Shown here one piece after another: positions 1-8,776 of a DNA stretch of 64,000 nt; positions within the stretch are counted from its first letter, which is position 1; every line of letters begins with the position of its first letter. The notes beneath the pieces were generated by a model. The model was not told the origin of the DNA. It did no database searches and saw only the letters and a list, made by a program, of their open reading frames with translations. Where the stretch lies: the NCBI GenBank assembly GCA_034666125.1, contig JAXDML010000009.1, positions 975 to 64,974 of the forward strand. The letters run 5' to 3'. This stretch comes from Candidatus Parcubacteria bacterium. GTDB taxonomy: Bacteria > Patescibacteriota > Minisyncoccia > Phycocordibacterales > Phycocordibacteraceae. The position numbers were made by a program, and so were the translations under genes.

Positions 1-590
1 CCTGTCCTTGAGACTGTCCTTGAGTCCTCCGCGCATCTGTTGCTTTCGCTTTCGGCAGAACTTCCCGTCGCATGATCGGAGAAACAGGAGCCGGGACCTG
101 CCCGAGTACCGGCCTTCCCGTCTGCGCATGCATGTCCCTCGCGAGCGTGGCGAGGCTCGGCATCTCATCAAGGAGCAGGTGCGGCTCTTCGTAGCTCGCG
201 ACCTCTTGGAGGAGGCTGTGCGCTTCGCGTGCGATGAGATCCGCATTCATGGTGGACAGGATTCCTCCGCTTCGCGCGATTCCGAGGATGCTCGACAGCG
301 TGAGAAGCTCCCGAGAAAGCTCGTCCCGGCTGTCGGGCGGCGGGAGGATGGCCGCATCGATGAGTCCGATAGCGACGTCTTCGAGACGCTCGCGGAGCGC
401 GGGCGCGTTCGAGAACGCGGGCGCGATGAGGTGGATGGCCTTCGCGAGCCTCTCAGCCTTCTTATAGAGGTATACACGACGGATGTCCTTATCGAAGATG
501 TTGGAGAATATGCTCTTGTCTAGGACAAGGTCGCCCAATTCCCCGCTTCCGCGGTTAGTCCTGAGTTCCCTGTTCTGTCCTTTATCCTGC
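1..590 (-). CDS. Hypothetical protein, 5' portion only (ATG at about 588-590); the ORF runs off the window start with no stop
   Basis: Manual reverse-strand translation gives about 196 codons with no stop and normal amino-acid composition (MQDKGQNRELRTNRGSGELGDLVLDKSIFSNIFDKDIRRVYLYKKAERLAKAIHLIAP...). The + strand ORF 8..523 is Arg-rich and antisense-like. No family recognised. Confidence 0.3.
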
Positions 591-800
591 ATAGTTTCTT
601 TAAGGGACACTATACGCCCCTCGTCCTATTTAGCAACGTCTTAGACAGATCCTCACATGTCGCATGAGTGCGGAGCGAACGGGACATGCCGTTTCGGCCG
701 ACTTGAGGGAGGCCAAGGGAAACCGCATGGGAACCGTGAGTGAGCAACGAAGGCGAGCATGTGAGGGTCTGTCGCCGGCAGGTGCTAAAATGTCTTTGTA

Positions 801-2981
801 ATGGCTAAGAAGAAGGGGCGGAAAGCGCGGGACGCCGACAACTACAAAGCGGTCATGAAATGGACCGCCGCTATTCTTTGTATAGCGCTCGGTCTCCTCC
901 TCGCCCTCGGGGCCGCGGGTCAGGCTTTCGGCCTCATGCTTGCCGGCGACATCGGGAATATGATCTTCCTCTCCGCATGGGGTGGGTTCGGCGTCGGTGC
1001 CCTCGCCCTGCCCTTCCTCGCCATCCTGGTCGGCGTCGGGATCCTCAAGAACGACGTCTTCGTGGGGCCGTTCACGGCGATCGGCATCGCGCTCATCGCC
1101 CTTTCCCTCCTTACGCTCTTCGGAGTACTGACGGACGCGTTCGGAGGAGCGTTCGGACGCTTTCTCGGCGCGGAAGCCGTGCGGCTCTTCGGCTTCGGCG
1201 GCGCGTTCGTCATTCTTCTTGCTCTTGTGTTGGTCGGACTTGGTATCGTGACCGATATCGTCGCGCTCTGGCAGAGGCTCATGGAGATGGGGAGCGGTGC
1301 ACGCGACCGGCTCGGGAACGTGCGCATCTCCTTCCCGTCCGGCAGCAAGGAGGCTGAGGACGACGAGGAAGTGCCCGAAGAGGAGTACATAGAGGAAGAG
1401 CCCGTTGCCCCGGACGAGGAGGTACCCGATGCCGACCCGATCGTAACGATCTTCAACGAGAACGAGACGACTTCCGCGAAGGCCGTTCCCGCTATCCCGA
1501 ACTTCGACGCGGAGTACAAGCCCCCTCCCCTGGCGCTCCTCGGAGCCGATAAAGGGAAGCCTGGCGTCGGCGACATCAAGGCGAACGCGAATATCATCAA
1601 GCGGACCTTCCAGAACTTCGGCATCTCCGTGGAGATGGACGAGGTGTCAGTCGGCCCGACCGTAACCAGATACGCCATCAAGCCCGCAGAGGGCGTGCGC
1701 CTCTCCAAGATCATCAGCCTGCAGAACAACCTCGAGCTCGCGCTCGCCGCGCATCCGGTGCGTATCGAGGCACCCATTCCCGGCAAATCCCTCGTCGGCA
1801 TCGAGGTGCCGAACGCATCCAAGGCCATGGTCGGTCTCGGCGGCATCCTTTCGGCTCCCGAATGGAACTCGAGCAATAAGCCGATACTGGCGGGACTCGG
1901 ACGCGACATCACCGGCACTCCGCACTACGTGAACATCGCGAAGATGCCGCACGGCCTCATCGCGGGCGCGACCGGCAGCGGTAAATCGGTCGCCATCCAT
2001 GCGATCATCACTTCCCTGCTGTATCGGAGCGGCCCGAACGCGCTCAGATTCATCATGATCGACCCGAAGCGCGTGGAGCTGACTATGTATAACGGTATCC
2101 CGCACCTCCTGACACCGGTCATCACGGACCCCAGGAAGGCCATCCTGGCCCTCAAATGGGCGGCAAAGGAGATGGACCGCCGGTACAACATCCTCGAGGC
2201 CGAGAAGAGCCGCGACATAGATACATATCATAAGAACGTCTTCGAGCCCGCGAAGAAGAAAGGCCAAAAGGAACTTCCCGAAGCCATGCCGTACATCGCC
2301 ATCGTCATCGACGAGCTCGCCGACATCATGCAGACATACCCGCGCGAGCTCGAAGCCTGCATCGTCAGGCTCGCCCAGATGTCGCGCGCCGTGGGCATCC
2401 ACCTGATCCTCTCCACCCAGCGCCCGTCGGTGAACGTCATTACGGGGCTTATTAAGGCGAACGTGCCGACGCGCATGGCGCTTCAGGTGGCGAGCCAGAT
2501 TGACTCGCGCACCATCCTCGACGGTGCGGGCGCGGAATCCCTGCTGGGCGCCGGCGACATGCTCTACCTCGCTAGCGACATGCAGAAGCCCGTGCGCATA
2601 CAGACCGCCTACATCGCCGAAGCCGAAGTACGCAAGATCGTCGATTTCATAAAGAGGAACAACGCCGGAAGCCTCGGCGCGCTCGACCTCGGCAACGCGA
2701 ACGGCGGCATGCCTGCCGAACCGAACGAGGCCATCATGCTCGCGATGGAGGACGACTCGGACGATGACCTCTACCCCGACGCGAAGGCGGCAGTAGAGGA
2801 AGCCGGACGCGCCTCCACGTCGTACCTGCAGCGTAAGCTCCGCATCGGCTACTCGCGCGCCGCACGTCTTATGGATATCCTTGAGGAGAAGGGCGTCATC
2901 GGTCCGGCTGACGGCTCGCGTCCCCGCGATGTGCTTTCGTCCTCGGGTACTGCGCGCTCGGATGAAGAGGAGGTATTCTAG
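801..2981 (+). CDS. ftsK: DNA translocase FtsK/SpoIIIE
   Basis: N-terminal multi-TM region, acidic/Pro linker, motor domain with Walker A (GATGSGKSV), Walker B (IVIDELAD) and C-terminal winged-helix gamma domain (YLQRKLRIGYSRAARLMDILEEKGVIG). Confidence 0.9.
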   Translation: MAKKKGRKARDADNYKAVMKWTAAILCIALGLLLALGAAGQAFGLMLAGDIGNMIFLSAWGGFGVGALALPFLAILVGVGILKNDVFVGPFTAIGIALIALSLLTLFGVLTDAFGGAFGRFLGAEAVRLFGFGGAFVILLALVLVGLGIVTDIVALWQRLMEMGSGARDRLGNVRISFPSGSKEAEDDEEVPEEEYIEEEPVAPDEEVPDADPIVTIFNENETTSAKAVPAIPNFDAEYKPPPLALLGADKGKPGVGDIKANANIIKRTFQNFGISVEMDEVSVGPTVTRYAIKPAEGVRLSKIISLQNNLELALAAHPVRIEAPIPGKSLVGIEVPNASKAMVGLGGILSAPEWNSSNKPILAGLGRDITGTPHYVNIAKMPHGLIAGATGSGKSVAIHAIITSLLYRSGPNALRFIMIDPKRVELTMYNGIPHLLTPVITDPRKAILALKWAAKEMDRRYNILEAEKSRDIDTYHKNVFEPAKKKGQKELPEAMPYIAIVIDELADIMQTYPRELEACIVRLAQMSRAVGIHLILSTQRPSVNVITGLIKANVPTRMALQVASQIDSRTILDGAGAESLLGAGDMLYLASDMQKPVRIQTAYIAEAEVRKIVDFIKRNNAGSLGALDLGNANGGMPAEPNEAIMLAMEDDSDDDLYPDAKAAVEEAGRASTSYLQRKLRIGYSRAARLMDILEEKGVIGPADGSRPRDVLSSSGTARSDEEEVF

Positions 2982-3020
2982 GACTTTTCAAGCCACTCGT
3001 AACGTTTAAGTCAGTGACGG

Positions 3021-3043
3021 CCGTCTGGGACGACGTTGGAATC
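3021..3043. repeat. Copy 1 of conserved 25-bp site (CCGTCTGGGACGACGTTGGAATC), immediately 3' of the stop of the 3045..3509 gene
   Basis: Direct sequence comparison with copies at 3531, 4135, 4798 and 42263; the core CTGGGACGAYGTTGGAA is shared by copies 1, 3 and 4, with one substitution each in copies 2 (CTTTGG) and 5 (GACAAT). Confidence 0.6.
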
Positions 3044-3044
3044 T

Positions 3045-3509
3045 TTATGCCTTGTAGACTGGCAATACTGTAGACCCCTCAGGAATAACGTACTGGTCCG
3101 AAAATTCCTCAATAAAGGCCAGCTCCTTTTCTACACGCTTTGGCCGGCTTCGATTATGAATATTTCGGACACATGACGCACGGTCGTTTTCAAAGAATCT
3201 GAATTCGACTTCTGTAGTCGCGTTTAGTTTTGAGAGCAGTCGTCCCATCCCTTCCTGAGCCTCTCTCAGACGAGCCGGATCGCAGAAAAGTATATCCGCA
3301 ATAACGATATCCCTCCCTTCTTGCAAGGCAGCTTGTATATCCTCAAAGTATGCGCTTCCCTCAAACTCTAAAGACTTGCGCGGCCCAGTGGTCGCAGATT
3401 TATAGAAATCGTCGCATATAAGAGCATTGCCGAATTCCTTTTGGTGCGTTTCAAGATAGGTAGTCTTTCCTGACCCCGGTAAACCGGTAATAAAGAGTAT
3501 CTTGGGCAT
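3045..3509 (-). CDS. Small P-loop NTPase, kinase-like (154 aa)
   Basis: Walker A GLPGSGKTT at the N-terminus. Local GC is noticeably lower than the flanking genes. Confidence 0.55.
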   Translation of the reverse strand: MPKILFITGLPGSGKTTYLETHQKEFGNALICDDFYKSATTGPRKSLEFEGSAYFEDIQAALQEGRDIVIADILFCDPARLREAQEGMGRLLSKLNATTEVEFRFFENDRASCVRNIHNRSRPKRVEKELAFIEEFSDQYVIPEGSTVLPVYKA

Positions 3510-3518
3510 GCGTTCAGT

Positions 3519-4112
3519 CTACTCTACGAACTGGCCGCCTGGGACGACTTTGGAACCCTGGTCTGCAAATAAATAACTAAAGGCTTGTTCGCGCGGCTTC
3601 TCAAAGTCATGAGAGATATCGAAATATTGAATCCCGTACTTTCCGCATTCTGCTTCTAAGTACTTACTGAACTGGATCATTTCCTCAATTAGCTTCAGCA
3701 TTTCCTCGTCAGAATGGCCCTTCGTCCAATCAACTTGCCCTTGGTGATGAACTCTCACCAGAGCGAGCTTCTCTTCCTTGTTTAGTGCTGCATACCCGAT
3801 AAAACAACTTCTAATCTGATGACCTTCAAGCATTAGTTCACTTACTTGGCTTGGCAGGATCGAATCACCCTCAATGAGGAAGTCGCGCTCCTCGTGGAAG
3901 AAGAACCCCAGAAGAGGTTTCGCCACAGGCCACATCCGTTCAGCCCGTTCAATGAAGGGCTGGTCGTAGGCAATACCGAGTTGCGGCGTTCCATTGGCTA
4001 AACCGCCAAATAAAGCATCGAGTGGGAAATAAGGAACTCCCTTTTCAGAAACTGCTCTACGGGCAAGCAGCGTTTTCCCCGAACGCGAGGCCCCACCGAG
4101 TATATGGATCAT
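3519..4112 (-). CDS. Small P-loop NTPase, kinase-like (197 aa), a paralogous type
   Basis: Walker A GGASRSGKT. Low-GC. The repeat site overlaps its last codons. Confidence 0.55.
   Translation of the reverse strand: MIHILGGASRSGKTLLARRAVSEKGVPYFPLDALFGGLANGTPQLGIAYDQPFIERAERMWPVAKPLLGFFFHEERDFLIEGDSILPSQVSELMLEGHQIRSCFIGYAALNKEEKLALVRVHHQGQVDWTKGHSDEEMLKLIEEMIQFSKYLEAECGKYGIQYFDISHDFEKPREQAFSYLFADQGSKVVPGGQFVE
3531..3557. repeat. Copy 2 of the conserved site (CTGGCCGCCTGGGACGACTTTGGAACC)
   Basis: Sequence identity to the other copies; overlaps the 3' end of CDS 3519..4112. Confidence 0.55.
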
Positions 4113-4134
4113 GGAGAAAGTATACCTTCTGCGT

Positions 4135-4160
4135 CTGACTGCCTGGGACGATGTTGGAAA
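4135..4160. repeat. Copy 3 of the conserved site (CTGACTGCCTGGGACGATGTTGGAAA), lying between the divergent starts of CDS 3519..4112 and CDS 4225..4779
   Basis: Sequence identity to the other copies. Confidence 0.55.
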
Positions 4161-4224
4161 TTTTTATTGTGTAAATCGAGATTCTCAGTATAATCCAGAA
4201 GGACATTAGCGAAAGGAGGCCCGC

Positions 4225-4779
4225 ATGTCTGAGGGATATCTCTCATGGAGACGGGCCGCCTTTTGGCCACGTTACGAATCGGGGAAGGACAAAGGAATTG
4301 CCAGGGACGCAAGTCTCGTTTTCTTTGCAATCCTCACAATTTCATGTCTGTTCCGAGCAGTGTGGGGAGGACACCGGACCAACCTTCTCTGGCCACCCCT
4401 GGTTTACGCCGCATTCGGCGCGCTCTGGTGGATGGTTCTCATGGGTACGCGATGGTGGGGAAGATTCACTGCGCGACATCCGAAGGTCGCAAAGACGATC
4501 GACATCATCACCTTGATAACCGCGTGGGAGATTCGCCTGTTCATGGCGAGCGGCGGAGTGTCAAAGTGGCTTAAGAGATGGTGGTGGTGCCTTATGGGAA
4601 TATATTTGCTCGGACTTTATGGCTGGCAAGGTGAATTGCTCAGTCGGACGTACGGCATCGCCCTAATAATTACCGCCGAGGTCCTAAGCGAACTGACGGG
4701 CCTCTACCTCGCCTGGCAGGTTTGGAAGAGGCCCAAGGGTCCAGTCGAGCAAAGTGCGACCGAGCCGCCCCGGAATTAG
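4225..4779 (+). CDS. Trp-rich integral membrane protein (184 aa, about 4 TM)
   Basis: Strong SD (AAAGGAGG) 6 nt upstream of the ATG; hydrophobic helices. Low-GC. Confidence 0.55.
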   Translation: MSEGYLSWRRAAFWPRYESGKDKGIARDASLVFFAILTISCLFRAVWGGHRTNLLWPPLVYAAFGALWWMVLMGTRWWGRFTARHPKVAKTIDIITLITAWEIRLFMASGGVSKWLKRWWWCLMGIYLLGLYGWQGELLSRTYGIALIITAEVLSELTGLYLAWQVWKRPKGPVEQSATEPPRN

Positions 4780-4797
4780 GGCGGCATTTCTTTATTG

Positions 4798-4825
4798 CTG
4801 GCAGTCTGGGACGATGTTGGAACGC
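4798..4825. repeat. Copy 4 of the conserved site (CTGGCAGTCTGGGACGATGTTGGAACGC), 19 nt after the stop of CDS 4225..4779
   Basis: About 30-nt near-identity with copy 5 at 42263. Confidence 0.6.
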
Positions 4826-4896
4826 TGCTTCATAAACTCGTCACGCAAGCTCATCTATACTTTTCAGGTGCGCAGAACTAAAAACAACTAGCTAGT

Positions 4897-5154
4897 ATGT
4901 CTACTATCGTAAATAATCCAAACGGAGACAACGGTAACAGCTCGGCAGGATGGATTGTTGCCATTGTGGCAATTGTCATTCTTCTTCTGCTTGCCTTCTT
5001 CGTTTTCGGCGGCGACGCTGACGACGCACGTGATGCGGTACAGGATGTCCCTCAGAAGGTAGAAAACCGCGTCCAGAACGTCGATGTCCCTACCCCAATG
5101 AACAACACATTCAACAGCACCACCACGGTGAACTCCACCACAACCAATCCTTAA
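4897..5154 (+). CDS. Small membrane protein (85 aa), N/T-rich tail
   Basis: One TM helix (WIVAIVAIVILLLLAFFVF), followed by a terminator hairpin. The overlapping antisense ORF 4888..5193 is less plausible. Confidence 0.4.
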   Translation: MSTIVNNPNGDNGNSSAGWIVAIVAIVILLLLAFFVFGGDADDARDAVQDVPQKVENRVQNVDVPTPMNNTFNSTTTVNSTTTNP

Positions 5155-5168
5155 GCTGATCTGAGTGC

Positions 5169-5205
5169 AATGTCCCCGAACCGTCGGGGACATTTGCTTA
5201 TTAAT
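5169..5205 (+). terminator. Rho-independent terminator-like hairpin (AATGTCCCCGA..TCGGGGACATT) followed by a T-rich run
   Basis: Perfect 11-bp inverted repeat followed by TGCTTATTAATATCTT. Confidence 0.4.
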
Positions 5206-5284
5206 ATCTTGGCGTACTGAGTTTCGAACTAATTCGTGGGACGTAAATATACAGTTTTTCAGTAAATCGTTATAATTCCTTCAT

Positions 5285-5605
5285 ATGTTCATCCGCTATT
5301 CGGCCGGTATCATACTCCTCCTGGTCCTCGGATACGGCTCCGTGAAGGCCTGGCCGCTCCTTCGGGGCCCGGAAATACGCCTTGAAACGGAAGTCACCGG
5401 GTCCGCGCTGGGAGTCATCACCCTCTCCGGGCGCGCCCTCCATACCGAGACCCTGCTCCTGAACGGCGGCATCCTGCTTATCGACGGCGAAGGGCGCTTC
5501 GAGAAGACCCTGACGCTCCCGCCCGGGGGCGCTATACTGTCTTTAACGGCGACGGATCGCTTCGGCAGGAGCGTCTATGAGCGACGTGAGGTGTTCGTTC
5601 CTTAG
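5285..5605 (+). CDS. Hypothetical exported/membrane-anchored protein (106 aa)
   Basis: N-terminal hydrophobic segment (IILLLVLGYGSVKA). Precedes recA. Confidence 0.45.
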   Translation: MFIRYSAGIILLLVLGYGSVKAWPLLRGPEIRLETEVTGSALGVITLSGRALHTETLLLNGGILLIDGEGRFEKTLTLPPGGAILSLTATDRFGRSVYERREVFVP

Positions 5606-5634
5606 TAAGTCTTATTCATTAGTTTGATTTTCAT

Positions 5635-6699
5635 ATGCCAGTAAAAAAAGCAGCAAAGAAGCCATCGAAGCCGGTCGCTACGACCGCCGAGGTCAAGGAG
5701 CTCTCGGGAGACGCGGAGGGCAAGCGGCGCTCCATCGACCTCGCGATCAAGGACATCAAGACCAAGTTCGGTGACGAGGCCATCATGACATACGGCTCCG
5801 GCAAGGTGGCCGCGATGCCGTTCATCCAGACCGGCTCCATCGGGCTCGATAGCGCGCTCGGTATCGGGGGACTTCCCCGCGGACGTATCGTCGAGATCTT
5901 CGGCCCGGAGTCGTCAGGTAAGACGACGCTCGCGCTGCACGTCATCGCCGAAGCGCAGAAGACGGGCGGCGTGTGCGCGTTCGTCGACGCAGAGCACGCG
6001 CTCGACCCGCAGTACGCCAGGAAGATCGGGGTGAAGCTGGAGGAGCTGCTCATCTCGCAGCCGGACACCGGCGAGCAGGCGCTCGAGATCGTGGAGTCCC
6101 TCGTGCGGGCGAACTCCATCGACGTCATCGTCATCGACTCGGTCGCGGCGCTCACGCCGAAGGACGAGATCGAAGGCGACATGGGCGCGCATCACGTGGG
6201 CAAGCAGGCCCGGCTCATGAGCCAGGCGCTCCGCAAGCTCACTGCCATTACTGCAAAGAGCCGCACCATCGTCATCTTCATCAACCAGATCCGCATGCAG
6301 ATCGGCGTCATGTTCGGGAACCCCGAAACGACTCCCGGCGGCAAGGCCCTCAAGTTCTATACCTCAGTGCGCCTCGATATCCGCAGGATCGCGCAGATCA
6401 AGAAGGGCGAGGAGGTCGTGGGCGGGCGTACCCGCGTGAAAGTCGTGAAGAACAAGGTGGCGGCGCCGTTCAAGACGACCGAGTTCGACCTCATGTACAA
6501 CGAGGGCATTAGCCGCGAGGGCGAGATCATCGCGCTCGGCGAGAAGTTCGACATCATCCAGAAGTCCGGGACGAGCTATAGCTATGGCGAGACGAAGCTC
6601 GGCCGCGGGTACGACGCGACGCGCACGTTCCTCCGCGAGAACAAGCCGATCGCCAACGAGCTCCTGAAGCAGATCAGGGTGAAGCTGGCGGAAGCGTAA
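5635..6699 (+). CDS. recA: Recombinase RecA
   Basis: Walker [10 protein letters not shown] and the canonical RecA core ([37 protein letters not shown]). Confidence 0.95.
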   Translation: MPVKKAAKKPSKPVATTAEVKELSGDAEGKRRSIDLAIKDIKTKFGDEAIMTYGSGKVAAMPFIQTGSIGLDSALGIGGLPRGRIVEIFGPESSGKTTLALHVIAEAQKTGGVCAFVDAEHALDPQYARKIGVKLEELLISQPDTGEQALEIVESLVRANSIDVIVIDSVAALTPKDEIEGDMGAHHVGKQARLMSQALRKLTAITAKSRTIVIFINQIRMQIGVMFGNPETTPGGKALKFYTSVRLDIRRIAQIKKGEEVVGGRTRVKVVKNKVAAPFKTTEFDLMYNEGISREGEIIALGEKFDIIQKSGTSYSYGETKLGRGYDATRTFLRENKPIANELLKQIRVKLAEA

Positions 6700-6705
6700 T
6701 AGCCC

Positions 6706-7032
6706 TTAATCCGTCGGGAAATCCAGCTCTTTTTCGGGAATACCGCGCGATTTCCCGTATGCAACTGCGTCCTCGAGCGACCCGGGATCCGATCGCCTTA
6801 CCCGGAAGGTCTTTTCCTTGAATAGGACAAGGAACTCGTCTTCGCCCGGGGTCCAGAGGTGGATGTACCATGGGCCGTCCGCAAGGCAGCGGGCGAGGTC
6901 CGGGACCCGTCCCTGTTCTACGAGAACGTCGTGGAGTACCCGGTCCCCTTCCCGCCAGGTCCGGGTTATCTGTACCTGGGACAGCATGTCCTTATCGTCC
7001 AGGCTCTGTTCGATGATCGTGCCTTTCAACAT
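6706..7032 (-). CDS. Hypothetical protein (108 aa), third gene of the ECF sigma operon
   Basis: ORF in a tight array with the anti-sigma gene. Start chosen at MLKGTII to avoid overlapping it. Confidence 0.4.
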   Translation of the reverse strand: MLKGTIIEQSLDDKDMLSQVQITRTWREGDRVLHDVLVEQGRVPDLARCLADGPWYIHLWTPGEDEFLVLFKEKTFRVRRSDPGSLEDAVAYGKSRGIPEKELDFPTD

Positions 7033-7034
7033 AG

Positions 7035-7361
7035 TTAGGTGTAGCGCTGCTGATCCGGGATCATGAACCGCGCGCATTCGCGCGCCAGCCAGAGTCCGGC
7101 AAGGAGGGCGAGGACGACGAGCGCCTGCACGGCGAACGTCGTATTCAGGAAGGCGGCTTCGGCGAAGCGCAGGATGGAAGAAAGGTCCGCCGCAGGCACG
7201 TTGCGGAACACCTGCGCGACGAACACTTCCCTGCCGAGCATATACAGGGAGATACCGAGGAGCGCGATGGCGCCTGCGGCGTTGCTCGTGAACGGGCGCA
7301 CGGCGTGCACGAAGCGCACGCGGCGCATCACGTTCCGGCTGAGGTTACTGCTGTTGGTCAT
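7035..7361 (-). CDS. Putative membrane-anchored anti-sigma factor
   Basis: Immediately downstream of and overlapping the ECF sigma gene. C-terminal TM helix (ALVVLALLAGLWLA). Confidence 0.45.
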   Translation of the reverse strand: MTNSSNLSRNVMRRVRFVHAVRPFTSNAAGAIALLGISLYMLGREVFVAQVFRNVPAADLSSILRFAEAAFLNTTFAVQALVVLALLAGLWLARECARFMIPDQQRYT

Positions 7362-7911
7362 AGGCTTGTTTGAAAAGTTTTTTAGCACGGTGGACCCGGG
7401 TCTTCACGGCCGGGACAGAGCTCCCTTCGAGCCTCGCTATCTCGTCCTGTGTCTTCCCCTCAATGAATTGTAACCGCAGGATGCGCGCCGCGGTTACAGG
7501 CAGCTTCGAGAGGGCGGCGAGCACCTCGCTCCGTATCGACAGGTCCTCAAGGAAATCGGACGCGTCCGGAAGCCGCTCGTACGCTTCCGGTTCGAGGGCC
7601 TGCGTGCGCTCACGGGCCTTCTTCATCTTCCCGTAGCGAGTATAGCAAAGACGGATGAGGATCGCGTATGCCCATGAGGAAAAGGAGGCTCCCTCCTGGG
7701 CCTTGAACCGATCGGCATAGATATAGATACGGGTGAAGGTATCCTGCACGACCTCCTCGGCATCTTCCTTCGCGTAGACAATGCTCTTCGCCTTCCGCAG
7801 GAAGGCGTCCTCATACCTGACGACGAGCACCTCGAAAGCGTCCGGCTTCTTCTGCGAAAGCCGGAGTATCTGTTCGTCTGACAGCGAGTCGAGATCCTTT
7901 GAATACGGCAT
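7345..7911 (-). CDS. ECF-type RNA polymerase sigma-70 factor
   Basis: Sigma-70 region 2 (AQEGASFSSWAYAILIRLCYTRY) and a region 4 HTH (QDEIARLEGSSVPAVKTRVHRA). Confidence 0.8.
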   Translation of the reverse strand: MPYSKDLDSLSDEQILRLSQKKPDAFEVLVVRYEDAFLRKAKSIVYAKEDAEEVVQDTFTRIYIYADRFKAQEGASFSSWAYAILIRLCYTRYGKMKKARERTQALEPEAYERLPDASDFLEDLSIRSEVLAALSKLPVTAARILRLQFIEGKTQDEIARLEGSSVPAVKTRVHRAKKLFKQAYDQQQ

Positions 7912-7935
7912 GGTTCTCCTGTATGATACCCCTCT

Positions 7936-8511
7936 ATGGCCGTCCTCTCATACAACGAGATCACCCAGAAGAAAGTCATCGAATACAACAACGAACCGTA
8001 CGAGGTCCTCTCCTCGCACGTCTTCCGGATGCAGCAGAGGAAGCCCGTGAACCAGACCAAGCTCCGAAGCCTGCTCTCGGGCAGGGTTCTCGAGATATCC
8101 TTCCACCAGAGCGAGACCGTCAAGGAAGCCGACATCGGCACGATGAAGGCCGTATACCTCTACACGAACCGAGGCGAGTCCTGGTTCGCGGAGGAAGGCA
8201 ATCCCAAGAACCGCTTCTCCTTCCCCGAGGACGCCGTGCACGACAAGGCACGGTGGCTCAAGACCAACTCGCCGGTCGATATGATGACATACAAGGAGCA
8301 GCCCGCGACGGTGAAGATCCCCATCAAGATGGACCTCAAGGTGACCGACGCTCCGCCTGCAGTGAAGGGCGACACGGCAACGGGCGGTAGTAAGGTGGTG
8401 ACGCTCGAATCCGGCGCGACCGTACTCACTCCCCTCTTCATCAATCCCGGAGATATCATCCGCATCAACACCGACACTGGCGAATATGTGGAAAGGGTCG
8501 AAAAGGCCTAG
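7936..8511 (+). CDS. efp: Translation elongation factor P
   Basis: EF-P three-domain pattern with the KGDTATGGSK motif and C-terminal OB folds. Confidence 0.8.
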   Translation: MAVLSYNEITQKKVIEYNNEPYEVLSSHVFRMQQRKPVNQTKLRSLLSGRVLEISFHQSETVKEADIGTMKAVYLYTNRGESWFAEEGNPKNRFSFPEDAVHDKARWLKTNSPVDMMTYKEQPATVKIPIKMDLKVTDAPPAVKGDTATGGSKVVTLESGATVLTPLFINPGDIIRINTDTGEYVERVEKA

Positions 8512-8701
8512 GACCGGAAGGTATAGTTAGTATCGGAGAGTCCGGTTTCCAGCCCCTCCCCGTTCGGGCCCGATCGGTGATGCGGTTGCGGATTCAATTC
8601 CGGGTAGGGATCCGGGCTGTCTTGCTCTTGAGCTGCCACCCCGGATCCCATTCGCCCTGTCCGCTTTTCTAGCGGGCATATGTTTTTCCATAATCAAGCG
8701 C

Positions 8702-8731
8702 AATGAAACCGCCCTATCGGGCGGTTTCATT
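8702..8731. terminator. Perfect 13-bp stem hairpin (AATGAAACCGCCC tatc GGGCGGTTTCATT) between convergent efp and CDS 8777..9445
   Basis: Inverted repeat seen directly. No strong T-tract, so likely a bidirectional terminator or RNA-stability element. Confidence 0.35.
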
Positions 8732-8776
8732 GCGTACGCACAGTCTGATTAACGCCTTTAGAGGCACGCAATCGGA

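Noticed and set aside
8-523. 171-aa + strand ORF at the window start
   Set aside because: Arg-rich antisense-type composition. The opposite strand carries a longer stop-free frame with normal composition (annotated as the partial CDS 1..590).
4798-4822. Sigma-54 promoter interpretation of the TGGCAG..TTGG part of the repeat
   Set aside because: Spacing between the GG and the downstream TTGG is several nt longer than the strict -24/-12 spacing, and copies are not positioned upstream of genes.
3019-4825. CRISPR array interpretation of the repeated 25-bp site
   Set aside because: Repeats are 500-660 bp apart and irregular; the intervening segments are full genes, not spacers; no cas genes.
5973-6512. 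ORFs overlapping recA on both strands (5631..6182, 5914..6195, 5973..6512)
   Set aside because: They lie inside the highly conserved recA; alternative-frame artefacts of high GC.
8020-8060. Possible loss of the modified Lys loop (KPGKG) in EF-P
   Set aside because: Alignment is ambiguous because of a one-residue insertion, and an R/K pair is still present near the loop tip (QQRKP).
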